Numbered from the stretch's first letter, positions 1 through 10,761 are shown. The stretch is 64,000 nucleotides of DNA from an uncultured Fidelibacterota bacterium (GCA_902599655.1 CACKGC010000005.1:3175-67174), one strand, 5' to 3'. The notes: generated from the letters alone by a model not told the origin. A program made the numbers and translations.

Positions 1-1
1 T

Positions 2-910
2 GAAGCAACAGCTGTTTTTGTTGAGGATAGATTTACTTATGGTGATATAACTGTTACTGCCGGAGCAAGATATGAAGAAATTACATTAAAAAGAGATGAT
101 TGGGGTAAAACCGATCCAGATAGATTTGAAATTCCATCAAAAAGAAGTCATACTGTAGATGTAGTCGTTCCAGGTATTGGATTTGAATATGCTGTAAATG
201 ATTATCAGTCTGTTTCAATGGGTGTTCATAAAGGATTTGCACCACCTGGACCAGGTACCGCTGGAGTAGAACAGAATTCGGTTGAGCCTGAAACTAGCAT
301 TAACACTGAAATTGGATTTAAATCTAATTTGGGTTTAAATAGTTTAGAATTTACTTTTTTTACAAATAGTTATGAAAATCTAATTGGTGCAGATACTGCT
401 GCTTCTGGAGGAGGAACAGACGAATTATTTAATGGTGGTGCCGTTGATATTTCAGGTTTCGAGTTGTACTTAAGAAGAATCCTTGTTGATACCGGTTCAA
501 TACAAATACCATTTGAAATGTCTTGGACAAACACAAGCTCAGAATTTCAAGAATCATTTGATGGATTTTGGGGTGATGTATCAAAAGGAGACGAATTACC
601 TTATATACCAGATAATCTAATCACGTTAAATCTTGGATTAAATATTGAAAAATTTTCATCAAATATTAGTTTGAAAAAAACTCCAAAAATGAGAACAGTT
701 GCTGGCTCTGGAAGGTTATTAAAATCTAATTCAACTGATGAATTAACCATTATTGATGTTGGCATGAGGTATGCCTTTGATGACAGTGTTACATTATCAT
801 TTATTATAAATAATTTTTTAAATGATAATAGTATAGCTGCAAGACGTCCTTACGGCGTTAGGCCATCAATGCCGCGTAGTTTAAATATTGGTGTTAATTA
901 TATTTTTTAG
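2..910 (+). CDS. TonB-dependent outer-membrane receptor, C-terminal part (5' end outside window)
   Basis: Frame is open from nt 2 (EATAVFVEDRFTYGDITVTAGARYEE...). It ends ...SLNIGVNYIF, with the terminal aromatic residue typical of TonB-dependent beta-barrels. Confidence 0.75.
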   Translation, partial: EATAVFVEDRFTYGDITVTAGARYEEITLKRDDWGKTDPDRFEIPSKRSHTVDVVVPGIGFEYAVNDYQSVSMGVHKGFAPPGPGTAGVEQNSVEPETSINTEIGFKSNLGLNSLEFTFFTNSYENLIGADTAASGGGTDELFNGGAVDISGFELYLRRILVDTGSIQIPFEMSWTNTSSEFQESFDGFWGDVSKGDELPYIPDNLITLNLGLNIEKFSSNISLKKTPKMRTVAGSGRLLKSNSTDELTIIDVGMRYAFDDSVTLSFIINNFLNDNSIAARRPYGVRPSMPRSLNIGVNYIF

Positions 911-984
911 GAACTTCTTTAAGTAATTACAGTCAAATATTTAGTATACTTTTTATACTTTTTTTACTTATTATTACAGGCTAT

Positions 985-3195
985 ATGAAGAAGATAATTT
1001 TTACACTTTTAATAACAACATTTGCTTTAGGTCAGTCTTATAAAGATTTAACAGAGCGTCCGGTTTATAATCCACTAAAATCCACCTCTAAAATTATAAT
1101 TAATGGTGACTTGTCTGAAATAGACTGGATTAATGCACAGGTTGCAACTGATTTTACAGATCGTGGCATTTATCAGGGCTTGCCTTCACCTTACAAAACC
1201 GAAGCTAAAATTACTTATGATGATAAGAACTTATATGTTGCATTTATAGCATATGTTGATAGAGAAAATTTAACCTATACCATTACTAATCGTGATGAGG
1301 TAGAAGGCAATGATGATAGAGTTTACATTGCCATTGATACTTTTGATGATGAGTCATTAACGTATGGAATTGGAGTCAGTGCTGGGAATATTCAAGTTGA
1401 TGGAAGAGAAGGTTATGGATTTGATACAAATTTAGATATCATTTACGATACTGCTGTTCAAATATTTGATGATAGATATCAAGCAGAGTTTTCTATCCCT
1501 TTTTCAAGTTTAAGATATTCTTTAGCTGATATTCAAACTTGGAGAATAAGTTTTGGAAGATTGTTTACAACGCCTGATATGCAAGGACATTTTGTGCATT
1601 GGGCAAATCAAATAGACGGTATTGAGTGTCAAACCTGTCAATTAGGTTTTTTAAGAGATCTAGACGTTCCCCAGCAATCCATGAGAGAAACAGAATTTAT
1701 TCCATCAATCGTTGGTGGTTATTCGGAAGATAAAATTAATAATTCAACCTCATCCAATGATGAAGCATCTTTATTTGCAAAATACTATGTTTCATCAGTC
1801 GATTTGCTCGAAGTAGCATTGAATCCAGATTTTAGTCAAATTGAATCTGATGATATTCAGAACGATGTTAATGAGGTGAATGCTTTATTTTTTCCTGAAC
1901 GAAGACCTTTTTTTAGTGAGGGAGCTGAGTTATTCAAGTTTGATCCAGGAAGAGGTTATATTAATTTATTTTACTCAAGAACGATAAATGACCCGTCAGT
2001 TGTTGGAAAATTTACAGGAAAGATAGGAAAAACATCATATGGAATAATTTCCGCTATAGATGAAAATTCTTCTTTGTTATTACCATTTGAAGAGACCAGC
2101 ACATTGGTAAATCTTGGTGAAAGTCAAACGCATGTTTTAAGATTAAAAAGAATGTTAAAATATGGTTCTCACATAGGTGCCTTTACGTCCATCCGTAATT
2201 TCGACGGAGCAGGAAATATCGGTAATGTTGGTTTAGATTTGCACTCTCATCCTGGAGGAAATTGGCATTTATCAGCGCATATAGCAACCTCTAGTCATGA
2301 AGAGTCAGAAAATGGTGAATACACTCCTGAAGAAGATGAAATTCAAACATTTGATAATGGAAAATACACAACAGCATTTGATGGTGAGTCAATCAGCGGG
2401 TATGCTATTGGCTTTAATGCTACAAATCGCACCAGAACAGATGGAAAATCTTTTACTGCAAGATTAAGGTCGCCAGGTTTTAGAACTAGTAACGGATTTG
2501 AAAGAAACAACTCTACAAAATGGTTCAAACTTCAACGAAGTAAATCGATATATCATGATAGTGATTTTTTATTAAAATCATCTTATACTGGCGTTGTTGT
2601 TCATAAAGAAAATTATGATGGCAGAGTGGTAAATAGCGAATATGAGCTTAAAGCAAATTATGAATTTGCAAACACCTTAAATCTGAACCTTTCATATGAA
2701 TATTCTGACAAAGTGTACAAAAACTTAGATTTCAAAGGAATGAATGAGTTTTCGATGAGAGCAAGTATTAGACCTAGCCCAAAAGTATTATATTATACAA
2801 CGCTATCATTTAGAGATCAAATCATACGTTATATTGAAACTCCTTCAGCTGCAAATACTTTAGGTGCAAATTTTTATACTGAATATCAACTTTCAGATAA
2901 TACCCAGCTTTCATTAGGTCTTGGATATGAAGATGCAAAAGACTTTTTTGATGGATATCTTTTAAACTTTAGAGTAAAACATGCATTTAGCCCTAAACTA
3001 TCATTGAGATCTAAGGTACAGTATAGTGATTTTTCAAAAAGTTGGTTTATTGAACCTTTATTGACATACCAGCCTAGTGCTTTTTCTGCATTCTATTTTG
3101 GAATTAATGAGCTTTTAGATGTTGATGACAATATTTTCTCAGGCATTAGTGAAAATAACAGACAATTTTTTATCAAATTTCAATACTTATTCTAG
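985..3195 (+). CDS. Outer-membrane protein, CBM9-like N-terminal module plus DUF5916-like barrel (assignment from memory)
   Basis: Signal peptide MKKIIFTLLITTFALGQ. 736 aa with beta-rich composition. C-terminus is ...FFIKFQYLF. Confidence 0.55.
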   Translation: MKKIIFTLLITTFALGQSYKDLTERPVYNPLKSTSKIIINGDLSEIDWINAQVATDFTDRGIYQGLPSPYKTEAKITYDDKNLYVAFIAYVDRENLTYTITNRDEVEGNDDRVYIAIDTFDDESLTYGIGVSAGNIQVDGREGYGFDTNLDIIYDTAVQIFDDRYQAEFSIPFSSLRYSLADIQTWRISFGRLFTTPDMQGHFVHWANQIDGIECQTCQLGFLRDLDVPQQSMRETEFIPSIVGGYSEDKINNSTSSNDEASLFAKYYVSSVDLLEVALNPDFSQIESDDIQNDVNEVNALFFPERRPFFSEGAELFKFDPGRGYINLFYSRTINDPSVVGKFTGKIGKTSYGIISAIDENSSLLLPFEETSTLVNLGESQTHVLRLKRMLKYGSHIGAFTSIRNFDGAGNIGNVGLDLHSHPGGNWHLSAHIATSSHEESENGEYTPEEDEIQTFDNGKYTTAFDGESISGYAIGFNATNRTRTDGKSFTARLRSPGFRTSNGFERNNSTKWFKLQRSKSIYHDSDFLLKSSYTGVVVHKENYDGRVVNSEYELKANYEFANTLNLNLSYEYSDKVYKNLDFKGMNEFSMRASIRPSPKVLYYTTLSFRDQIIRYIETPSAANTLGANFYTEYQLSDNTQLSLGLGYEDAKDFFDGYLLNFRVKHAFSPKLSLRSKVQYSDFSKSWFIEPLLTYQPSAFSAFYFGINELLDVDDNIFSGISENNRQFFIKFQYLF

Positions 3196-3206
3196 GATAT
3201 AAAATT

Positions 3207-3662
3207 ATGAAGAAATACATAATAATGTTTTTTGCGTTTTCTCTGTATAGCTGCGTTGTACCTGTATCAATTGGAAATAGATCTGTTGCAGATAATGAGA
3301 GTAAAACTTCTAATGATTCAAACACAGTTTATACACAAAATGGCAAGACAATGGTAGCCATAAATTACATTCTTCCTCAAAGAGCTGGGCAGTTTGAGAT
3401 GTTAACAAAGACAGTTATAATGCCTGCCATGAAAAGAGAGGATGCAGAAGTATTTAAAAGTTTAAAATTTTTAGTTCCAGAAGAGCAAAATGAAGATGGT
3501 AATTTAACTTATATGTTTATAGCAGATCCGTATTTAGAAGAAAAAAATTATGATATTTTTGAAGTACTTGTATCCCAATATGGAAGAGCAAGAGCTGAAG
3601 AATACTTTGATCGTTGGATTAGTTGTTTTGCTTATGAGCAAGAAGTCATTTCTTTTAGATGA
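3207..3662 (+). CDS. Hypothetical lipoprotein
   Basis: Lipobox-like FSLYSC near the N-terminus. Start is 11 nt after the upstream stop. No family recognised. Confidence 0.55.
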   Translation: MKKYIIMFFAFSLYSCVVPVSIGNRSVADNESKTSNDSNTVYTQNGKTMVAINYILPQRAGQFEMLTKTVIMPAMKREDAEVFKSLKFLVPEEQNEDGNLTYMFIADPYLEEKNYDIFEVLVSQYGRARAEEYFDRWISCFAYEQEVISFR

Positions 3663-3706
3663 TAAAAACATATCATTTTGAAGACATCTATAGTAAATTT
3701 TCTTTA

Positions 3707-4375
3707 ATGAATTCATTAAAAACGTTTTTAACAATTATACTCCTTATAAGCCTATCGTTTGCTCAAAGTGCTGGAGACATGGAAGCAGAAAACCCTGCAA
3801 GCGATAACTGGCAGGAAAATTATCGATCACTTGAAAGAGGGGAATCAAGAGTTAACATCTATTCCAATGCTGCAGTAGCAGACGTATTTGTATGGAATTC
3901 AACATGGCTGTCAACTGAAAGAACGTTTCCAGCAGTTATATCATTACCTACGGACAATCAAGTCTACACTATAAGCTTATATCCTCAATCACAGTTTCAA
4001 TATCTAACGAACGAATTACAAAATTTTGATTTTGACGCAAGAGATGTTGCTGAGTTTGAACTTCTTCAAGAAGAATTTGAAAGAATGAAAATGGGTACTA
4101 AAAATGTAAGGCCGATTCCAGGAACCAGTGAATCAGTTTTTCTAACATATTGTGACTCAGATGATACTAATTGTGAGCAAGGAATGCATTGGCTAGATCA
4201 ATTTTATGCCAAGTATTATGACGACAAACAAGAGCAAGTTCTTGCTTCAGATTTAACTGGATCAGAGCTAACTGACGCTGAAAAAGCCTTAGTCAGAAGA
4301 CATAGGGTAGGAGTTGCTGGAATGCTTGGCGCCTTTAGCATTGCTCTTTTTTTAATTGATAATTCTGCCTTGTGA
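3707..4375 (+). CDS. Hypothetical secreted protein with C-terminal membrane anchor
   Basis: The ORF is open from 3659, but MNSLKTFLTIILLISLSFAQ at 3707 reads as a signal peptide. C-terminal hydrophobic helix VGVAGMLGAFSIALFLI. The start choice is uncertain. Confidence 0.5.
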   Translation: MNSLKTFLTIILLISLSFAQSAGDMEAENPASDNWQENYRSLERGESRVNIYSNAAVADVFVWNSTWLSTERTFPAVISLPTDNQVYTISLYPQSQFQYLTNELQNFDFDARDVAEFELLQEEFERMKMGTKNVRPIPGTSESVFLTYCDSDDTNCEQGMHWLDQFYAKYYDDKQEQVLASDLTGSELTDAEKALVRRHRVGVAGMLGAFSIALFLIDNSAL

Positions 4376-6312
4376 GAAATATTTTAGTAAATATTAAAGG
4401 TCTAAGCTCTCAAGAGTTTCCAAAAGGTATAACTCCACTTCAAATTATGACTAACACAAAAGGTGTATCTAAGGATTCTATAATTTGTAAAGTTGATGGC
4501 GTTCTTACTGATCTTTCTGTACAGCTTTCAAATGATTGTGACTTGCAATTTATGGATGCAAAAAGTAAAGACGGTCATAGTGTTCTTTTGCACAGCACTG
4601 CTCATTTAATGGCTCAGGCAGTAAAAAGATTATTTCCTAAAACTAAAGTAACTATTGGTCCATATCTAGATAATAGATTTTATTATGATTTTGATGTTGA
4701 AACTCCTTTCTCAGAAGAAGATTTAGCAAAAATTGAAGCAGAGATGGTTAATATATCTAATGAAAATCTTGAAATTATTCATGAAGTGAAATCTAGAGAT
4801 GAAGCTCTGAGCTTCTTTGATAAGATTGAAGAAGATTATAAAGTTGAAATCATTAACGACTTAGATAAAGATGAAATTTTAAAGGTGTATTCACAGGGTG
4901 AATTTACTGACCTTTGTAGAGGGCCGCATGTACCATCAACAGGCGCTATTAAGCACTTTAAGTTGTTATCATCTTCTGCAGCTTATTGGAGAGCTGATGA
5001 GAATAATCAAACTTTGCAACGCGTATATGGCACCTCATTCCAAAATGAAAAAGATTTAAAAAAATATCTTAATATGCTTGAAGAGCAAAAAAAACGTGAT
5101 CATAGAAAAATTGGGAAAGAATTAGATTTATATTTTTTTGATGATGAAGTAGGTCCTGGTCTACCTTTGTGGACACCTAATGGAGCTGTGATGATTGATG
5201 AATTGGAAGCTTTAGCTAAAGAAAAAGAGACAGCAAGCGGATATTTAAGAGTTAAAACTCCTCATTTAACGAAAGGAGAGCTTTATGAAAAGTCCGGTCA
5301 TTTAAAGCATTACATCTCCAGTATGTATCCAGCAATGGATGTTGATGGTATTGACTATTATATGAAACCAATGAACTGTCCTCATCATCACAAAATTTTT
5401 GCAAATACTCCTAAAAGCTATAGAGATCTACCATATAGATTGTCCGAATATGGAACATGTTATAGATATGAAAAATCGGGAGAATTATTTGGATTGATGC
5501 GTGTAAGAAGTATGCAGATGAATGATGCACATATTTATTGTACTGAAGAACAATTTAAAGATGAGTTTATTGGGGTTTGTAATCTTTATATGGATTATTT
5601 CAAAATCTTTGGTATTGAAAAATATGAAATGAGATTAAGTCTTCACGATCCAAAAGGGCTAGGTGAAAAATTTATTGATAATGCTGAATTATGGAAAAAA
5701 ACAGAAGACGATGTTAGAAATGCACTTAAAAGTGCTAATCTGAAATTTGTTGAGTCGGTTGGAGATGCTGCTTTTTATGGTCCTAAAATTGATGTTCAGG
5801 TTTGGAGTTCAATTGGAAGAGAGTTTACCTTAGCTACTAATCAGGTAGATTTTGCTGTTCCTGAAAGATTTGACTTAACATATAATGATAACGATGGTAC
5901 CTCGAAAACTCCTCTTTGTATTCATAGAGCACCTTTGGGAACACATGAACGTTTTATTGGGTTTTTAATCGAACATTTTGGAGGTAATTTCCCGCTTTGG
6001 TTAGCGCCAAAACAAGTAACTGTATTGCCTGTTTCTGATAAATATAATGATTATGCAGAAGAAGTGACAAAAGACCTCAAATCAAAAGGTATAAGAGCTT
6101 CCTTGGATAATCGATCAGAAAAAATAGGTTCAAAAATAAGGGATGCAGAATTACAAAAAATTAACATCATGATTATTGTCGGTGAAAAAGAAGTTGAGAA
6201 TAAAACCGTAACTGTCAGAAGAAGGTTCATAAAAGAGCAAAAAGAATTATCTTTAGGTAATTTTTCCAATGAAGTATTAACTGAAATTAACGAAAGGAGA
6301 GTTTCGAATTAA
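4372..6312 (+). CDS. thrS: Threonine--tRNA ligase
   Basis: 646 aa with TGS, editing and class II core motifs (HSTAHLMAQA, MNCPHHH, FRGPHV-like CRGPHVPST). GTG start overlaps the upstream TGA (GTGA). Confidence 0.97.
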   Translation: MRNILVNIKGLSSQEFPKGITPLQIMTNTKGVSKDSIICKVDGVLTDLSVQLSNDCDLQFMDAKSKDGHSVLLHSTAHLMAQAVKRLFPKTKVTIGPYLDNRFYYDFDVETPFSEEDLAKIEAEMVNISNENLEIIHEVKSRDEALSFFDKIEEDYKVEIINDLDKDEILKVYSQGEFTDLCRGPHVPSTGAIKHFKLLSSSAAYWRADENNQTLQRVYGTSFQNEKDLKKYLNMLEEQKKRDHRKIGKELDLYFFDDEVGPGLPLWTPNGAVMIDELEALAKEKETASGYLRVKTPHLTKGELYEKSGHLKHYISSMYPAMDVDGIDYYMKPMNCPHHHKIFANTPKSYRDLPYRLSEYGTCYRYEKSGELFGLMRVRSMQMNDAHIYCTEEQFKDEFIGVCNLYMDYFKIFGIEKYEMRLSLHDPKGLGEKFIDNAELWKKTEDDVRNALKSANLKFVESVGDAAFYGPKIDVQVWSSIGREFTLATNQVDFAVPERFDLTYNDNDGTSKTPLCIHRAPLGTHERFIGFLIEHFGGNFPLWLAPKQVTVLPVSDKYNDYAEEVTKDLKSKGIRASLDNRSEKIGSKIRDAELQKINIMIIVGEKEVENKTVTVRRRFIKEQKELSLGNFSNEVLTEINERRVSN

Positions 6313-6817
6313 AAAACAAAGAATAAGGGTAAACGAAAGAATTTATGCTGATGAAGTAAGGCTCATCAGTCAAAATAAAGAACAAATTGGAGTTGTAAGT
6401 GTAAAAGAAGCCTTAATTAAAGCTCAGGAAGCTGGTTTAGATTTGGTTGAGATTTCACCAAATGCAAAACCTCCAGTTTGCAAAATTATGGACTTTGGTA
6501 AGTTTAAATATGAAGAAAAAAAGAAAGCACAACAAAGCAAGAAAAAACAACAAACTATCAAAGTAAAAGAATTAAGAATGAGACCAAATATTGGTGATCA
6601 TGATTTAGAAAATAAACTTAAAATGGGTAAAAAGTTTTTATCTGACGGATATAAGTTAAAATTAACTTTAATGTATAGAGGTAGAGAAATGTCTCGACAA
6701 GATTTAGGGCAAGAGTTAATGCAACGTGTTTTATCGACGTTAAGTGAGCATGCAGAGTTAGAAAAAGATTCTCCTTTGACTGGAAGAAAAAAATCTATAA
6801 TATTAGCCCCGAAATAG
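6308..6817 (+). CDS. infC: Translation initiation factor IF-3, ATT start
   Basis: Frame is open from 6281. It encodes IKKQRIRVNERIYADEVRLISQNKEQIGVVSVKEALIKAQEAGLDLVEISPNAKPPVCKIMDFGKFKYE. ATT at 6308 lies 8 nt after GGAG (6296-6299). The ORF track only reports the internal TTG at 6443. Confidence 0.88.
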   Translation: MKKQRIRVNERIYADEVRLISQNKEQIGVVSVKEALIKAQEAGLDLVEISPNAKPPVCKIMDFGKFKYEEKKKAQQSKKKQQTIKVKELRMRPNIGDHDLENKLKMGKKFLSDGYKLKLTLMYRGREMSRQDLGQELMQRVLSTLSEHAELEKDSPLTGRKKSIILAPK

Positions 6818-6826
6818 GAATTAAAT

Positions 6827-7030
6827 ATGCCAAAACAAAAAACAAGAAAAAGCGTATCAAAAAGATTTAAAGTTACTGGTTCAGGTAAACTAAAACGTAA
6901 CAAAGCTGGACATAAACACATGCTTATCCGTAGAGATGGAGATGTCAAACGTGCAGCTAAAAAAGCTACAGTGGTAGCTCCATCTTTTGAAAAGCGTATG
7001 AAAAAAATGATGGCGAAAGCAGGAAGTTAA
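6827..7030 (+). CDS. rpmI: 50S ribosomal protein L35
   Basis: [24 protein letters not shown]..., in the canonical position after infC. Confidence 0.97.
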   Translation: MPKQKTRKSVSKRFKVTGSGKLKRNKAGHKHMLIRRDGDVKRAAKKATVVAPSFEKRMKKMMAKAGS

Positions 7031-7031
7031 G

Positions 7032-7382
7032 ATGCCAAGATCAAATAGTTCAGTTCCAAGACATAGAAGACATCGTAAGATTGTAAAGCTTGCAAAAGGT
7101 TATTTTGGTGCTAGAAGTAGAAATTTTAAAGCAGCTAAAGATGCAGTAACTAAAGCTGGTCTTTATGCTTATAGAGATAGAAGACAGAAAAAACGTCAGT
7201 TTAGAAGACTCTGGATTGTAAGAATTAACGCTGCATCAAGATTAAATGGTTTATCCTATTCAAATTTTGTACATTTATTGAAGGAGAAAGGGGTCGATTT
7301 AGATAGAAAAGTATTAGCAGATTTAGCTGTTAATAACCCAACTGTCTTTGAAGATCTCGTAAAATACTTAAAGAAAAAATAG
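7032..7382 (+). CDS. rplT: 50S ribosomal protein L20
   Basis: [29 protein letters not shown]..., in the canonical position after rpmI. Confidence 0.97.
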   Translation: MPRSNSSVPRHRRHRKIVKLAKGYFGARSRNFKAAKDAVTKAGLYAYRDRRQKKRQFRRLWIVRINAASRLNGLSYSNFVHLLKEKGVDLDRKVLADLAVNNPTVFEDLVKYLKKK

Positions 7383-7391
7383 AAAAATACG

Positions 7392-8372
7392 ATGTCATTA
7401 GATAAAACCATTAAAGGATTAAAGACATCATTTTCTAAAGAGTTATCCAAATCTAAGTCTTCACAAGATCTAGAAAATTTACGAATTAAATACTTAGGTA
7501 GAAATGGGCAGCTTGCATCATTGTTTGAAGAGTTTAATAAACTACCTGCTCCTGAAAAACCTCGCTTTGGAAAAGAATTAAATATCCTAAAAAATCAATT
7601 AACTGATCAATATCAAAATGCTTTAGGAAGCAATAGTGAAAACTCTGCTTCAAGCGATGTAGATTTTTCATTGCCAGGATATGATTTACCCGATGGAAAT
7701 ATCCATCCATTAGAACAGATTACTTCAGAAATAAAATCTATTTTTCAATCTATTGGGTTTTCCGTTGCTTATGGACCTGAAATTGATGATGACTATCATA
7801 ATTTTGAAGCATTAAATGTACCAAAACATCATCCAGCTAGAGATATGCAGGATACATTTTTTATTAACCCTAATGCTGTACTAAGAACACATACATCAAA
7901 TGTTCAAATTCATTTAATGGAAAATCAAGATCCGCCTTTAAGACATATATGTTGTGGTAGAGTATATAGAAATGAAGCAGTAAGTTATAAAAGTTTTTGT
8001 TTATTTAATCAAGTAGAAGGGTTGGTTATCAATGAAACCTCCTCATTTGCTGAGATGAAAGGAACCTTAGAGTATTTTGTTCAGGAAATGTTTGGAAAAG
8101 ATACAAAAATGCGTTTTAGACCAAGTTATTTTCCATTTACTGAACCCAGTGCAGAAGTTGATATTTGGAACAGTAAATTAAATCAATGGATGGAAATTTT
8201 AGGCTGTGGCATGGTCAATCCAAATGTTTTATCTAATGTTGGTTATGACAATGAAAAATATCAAGGATTTGCTTTTGGTATGGGAATAGAAAGAATTGCT
8301 ATGATAAAATATGGCATAAAAGATATTAGACTTTTTTATCAGAACGATAAACGTTTCTTGGAGCAGTTTTAA
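7392..8372 (+). CDS. pheS: Phenylalanine--tRNA ligase alpha subunit
   Basis: HPARDMQDTFF and FRPSYFPFTEPSAEVD motifs. Confidence 0.97.
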   Translation: MSLDKTIKGLKTSFSKELSKSKSSQDLENLRIKYLGRNGQLASLFEEFNKLPAPEKPRFGKELNILKNQLTDQYQNALGSNSENSASSDVDFSLPGYDLPDGNIHPLEQITSEIKSIFQSIGFSVAYGPEIDDDYHNFEALNVPKHHPARDMQDTFFINPNAVLRTHTSNVQIHLMENQDPPLRHICCGRVYRNEAVSYKSFCLFNQVEGLVINETSSFAEMKGTLEYFVQEMFGKDTKMRFRPSYFPFTEPSAEVDIWNSKLNQWMEILGCGMVNPNVLSNVGYDNEKYQGFAFGMGIERIAMIKYGIKDIRLFYQNDKRFLEQF

Positions 8373-10753
8373 TGAAAGTTTCATTACACTGGCTTAGAAG
8401 GTTTGTTGATTTTGACTTTACTGCTACAGAGTTAGCTGAAAAACTAACTATGAGAGGATTTGAGTCAGAAGTTGTATCAGATTTTGATTCTTTAGAAAAT
8501 TTAGTTGTTGGAGATGTTTTAACAGCAGAAAAGCACCCTGATGCAGACAAGCTTAAGTTATGTTCTGTTTCAGATGGATCAGAAACTTTTAGCGTTGTTT
8601 GTGGAGCTCCAAATGTCGATGCTGGTCAAAAAATAGTTTTTGCAAAAGTTGGAGCCGTTCTTCCAGGTGATTTCAAAATAGGTAAAGCTAAAATAAGAGG
8701 TGTAGAAAGTTTTGGAATGATTTGTTCTGAAAGAGAGCTTGGAATCTCAGAAGAACATGACGGTATTATGGTGTTAGATGAGTCTCATAAGGCAGGAACA
8801 CCTATTAAAGAAGTGTTAGGTCCATTATTTAATGCTATTGATATTGAAGTAACTCCTGATAAAGCTTTTGCATTAAGTCATAGAGGGATAGCAAGAGAAG
8901 TTGCGACAATTGTTGGATGCAAACTAAAAACTCCAATAAATAGTGTAAAATTAAATCCTAAGTCAAAAGACGTTGTATCAGTCGAATTAGATAAAAAAGG
9001 CGGCTGTACACGCTATATTGCGGGTACAATGAAAGGTGTAAAGGTAGGACCATCTCCAAAATGGCTTGCCGAATATTTGAAATCAGTTGGTCAGAAGAGT
9101 ATCAATAACCTTGTCGATATATCCAATTTTATGCTTTTGGAAATCGGTCATCCAACTCATGTCTTTGATTTAAAAAAATTAGCCAAACCTGGAATTAAGG
9201 TTTCTTGGGCAAAAATGGGTGAAAAATTTGATGCTTTGGATGAAGAAACATATGAATTAAGTACGGATCATATGGTGATTACGGATACAAAAAATACGGT
9301 TGCTTTAGCTGGTATTATTGGGGGAATGGATAGTTCTGTTACCGATTCAACCTCAGAAGTATTGATTGAGAGCGCTTATTTTGATCCAGTTGTTATCAGA
9401 AAAGGGTCAAAAAAATTAAATTTATTATCTGAGGCATCTAGAAGATTTGAGAGAGGTACAGACCCAAATGCTGCTTTAGAGGCATTCAATATGATTGTCC
9501 AGTTAATGCAAGAAGTTGCTGGTGGTACTTTAGAGTCTGTGATTACTGATGAATGTTCAATGAGCTTAGACAATACTTCTGTTGATTTATCATCTGAAAA
9601 ACTGCTCAAATATGCTGGACAAGAAATTCCTTCAAAAGACGTAGAATCTATATTGAAAGGACTTCACATAGATGCTAAAAAAACAAAAACTGGCTGGAAG
9701 TGTTCTATTCCTACATTTAGAACTGATTTAAAGGTAGAAACTGACCTTATTGAAGAGGTCTTTAGATGTTATGGTTACGACAATATTAAGTCTTCTTTTA
9801 ATTATTCTTCTATTATGCAATATGCAAACGATGAAGAATCTACTATTTCATCCTTAAAGCATCATTTATCTTCCTTAGGATTTCATCAATCTTATAATAA
9901 CTCACTTGAAGATGTAGAAGAAGTAAAGCTCTTTGGTAAAGATGCAGTTAGTGTTATGAATCCTTCCTCAGAAAGAATGAATACACTGCGAACAACTCTT
10001 CATTCAGGATTGTTGAAAAATTTAGATTTTAATTATCGTAATGGATCAGCAAATACCTTGATTTATGAATATGGAACAATTTTTGAAGGTAAGACTGACA
10101 AATTAGAGGACATAATTCAAAAAAGTAGTTTATCATGCTTAGTTCATGGTGATGTATTTTCAAAAAATGTACATTTTGATTCTATACCTGCTTCTTTTGC
10201 ATTTTTAAAAGGGGTGGCTTCCAATATTTTTGAAGACAAAAGACTAGGAATAAAAGTGAAGTTTTCAGAACAGAAACATCATTATTGTGATCCATATTTC
10301 TCAATTATTGACGGTAAAAAACAAGTCATTGGTGGTTTAGGTATCATTAAAGATTCATTATTAAAACAATTAGATATAGCTCATAAACATGAAGTTGTAG
10401 TGTTAGATGTAGATCCAGAGATTTTTACTGATTATGGTAGTTATAGCACCAAGGTAGAGGATATTGTAACCTTCCCAATTGTGCAAAGAGATTTAAATTT
10501 TAAAATGGACAGCAGTATTCAGGTTGGTGAAGTTGTCAAAACAATGAAATCAGTTAATCAGTCTATATTACAAAATGTAATTCCTGTTGATATTTATCAA
10601 TCAAAAAAGGATACATCAACTAAGGATGTTTTATTTTCACTGAACTTTCAATCACCTAAAAAAACACTTGAAGATAATGATGTAAATGCAATTATTACTG
10701 AAATTATAAATATTGTTTCTAAAAAATTTAATGCTAAATTAAGAGATAATTAG
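8372..10753 (+). CDS. pheT: Phenylalanine--tRNA ligase beta subunit
   Basis: 793 aa. N-terminus is MKVSLHWLRRFVDF..., with the tRNA-binding, B3/4, B5 and FDX-ACB layout. TAATG overlap with pheS. Confidence 0.96.
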   Translation: MKVSLHWLRRFVDFDFTATELAEKLTMRGFESEVVSDFDSLENLVVGDVLTAEKHPDADKLKLCSVSDGSETFSVVCGAPNVDAGQKIVFAKVGAVLPGDFKIGKAKIRGVESFGMICSERELGISEEHDGIMVLDESHKAGTPIKEVLGPLFNAIDIEVTPDKAFALSHRGIAREVATIVGCKLKTPINSVKLNPKSKDVVSVELDKKGGCTRYIAGTMKGVKVGPSPKWLAEYLKSVGQKSINNLVDISNFMLLEIGHPTHVFDLKKLAKPGIKVSWAKMGEKFDALDEETYELSTDHMVITDTKNTVALAGIIGGMDSSVTDSTSEVLIESAYFDPVVIRKGSKKLNLLSEASRRFERGTDPNAALEAFNMIVQLMQEVAGGTLESVITDECSMSLDNTSVDLSSEKLLKYAGQEIPSKDVESILKGLHIDAKKTKTGWKCSIPTFRTDLKVETDLIEEVFRCYGYDNIKSSFNYSSIMQYANDEESTISSLKHHLSSLGFHQSYNNSLEDVEEVKLFGKDAVSVMNPSSERMNTLRTTLHSGLLKNLDFNYRNGSANTLIYEYGTIFEGKTDKLEDIIQKSSLSCLVHGDVFSKNVHFDSIPASFAFLKGVASNIFEDKRLGIKVKFSEQKHHYCDPYFSIIDGKKQVIGGLGIIKDSLLKQLDIAHKHEVVVLDVDPEIFTDYGSYSTKVEDIVTFPIVQRDLNFKMDSSIQVGEVVKTMKSVNQSILQNVIPVDIYQSKKDTSTKDVLFSLNFQSPKKTLEDNDVNAIITEIINIVSKKFNAKLRDN

Positions 10754-10761
10754 AGGTTGAT

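Noticed and set aside
2343-2528. Many 60-140-aa ORFs in the supplied track lie antisense to or out of frame with long conserved genes. Examples: 2343-2528, 3534-3734, 6051-6269, 6598-6948, 7256-7450, 8326-8550, 9376-9609, 11432-11626, 15044-15403, 15568-15855, 27558-27974, 28157-28504, 28943-29140, 29702-30028, 33422-33682, 34336-34602, 34904-35107, 36014-36205, 37284-37550, 38273-38464, 39962-40189, 40371-40635, 46026-46259, 48800-48985, 50069-50419, 52642-52860, 55553-55768, 58808-59656, 61528-61782 and 63395-63661.
   Set aside because: Each is fully embedded in a much longer ORF with clear family motifs on the other strand or frame. Their products are low-complexity (Leu/Ser/Phe/Ile-rich), as expected for shadow ORFs in AT-rich DNA. 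None has a start context.
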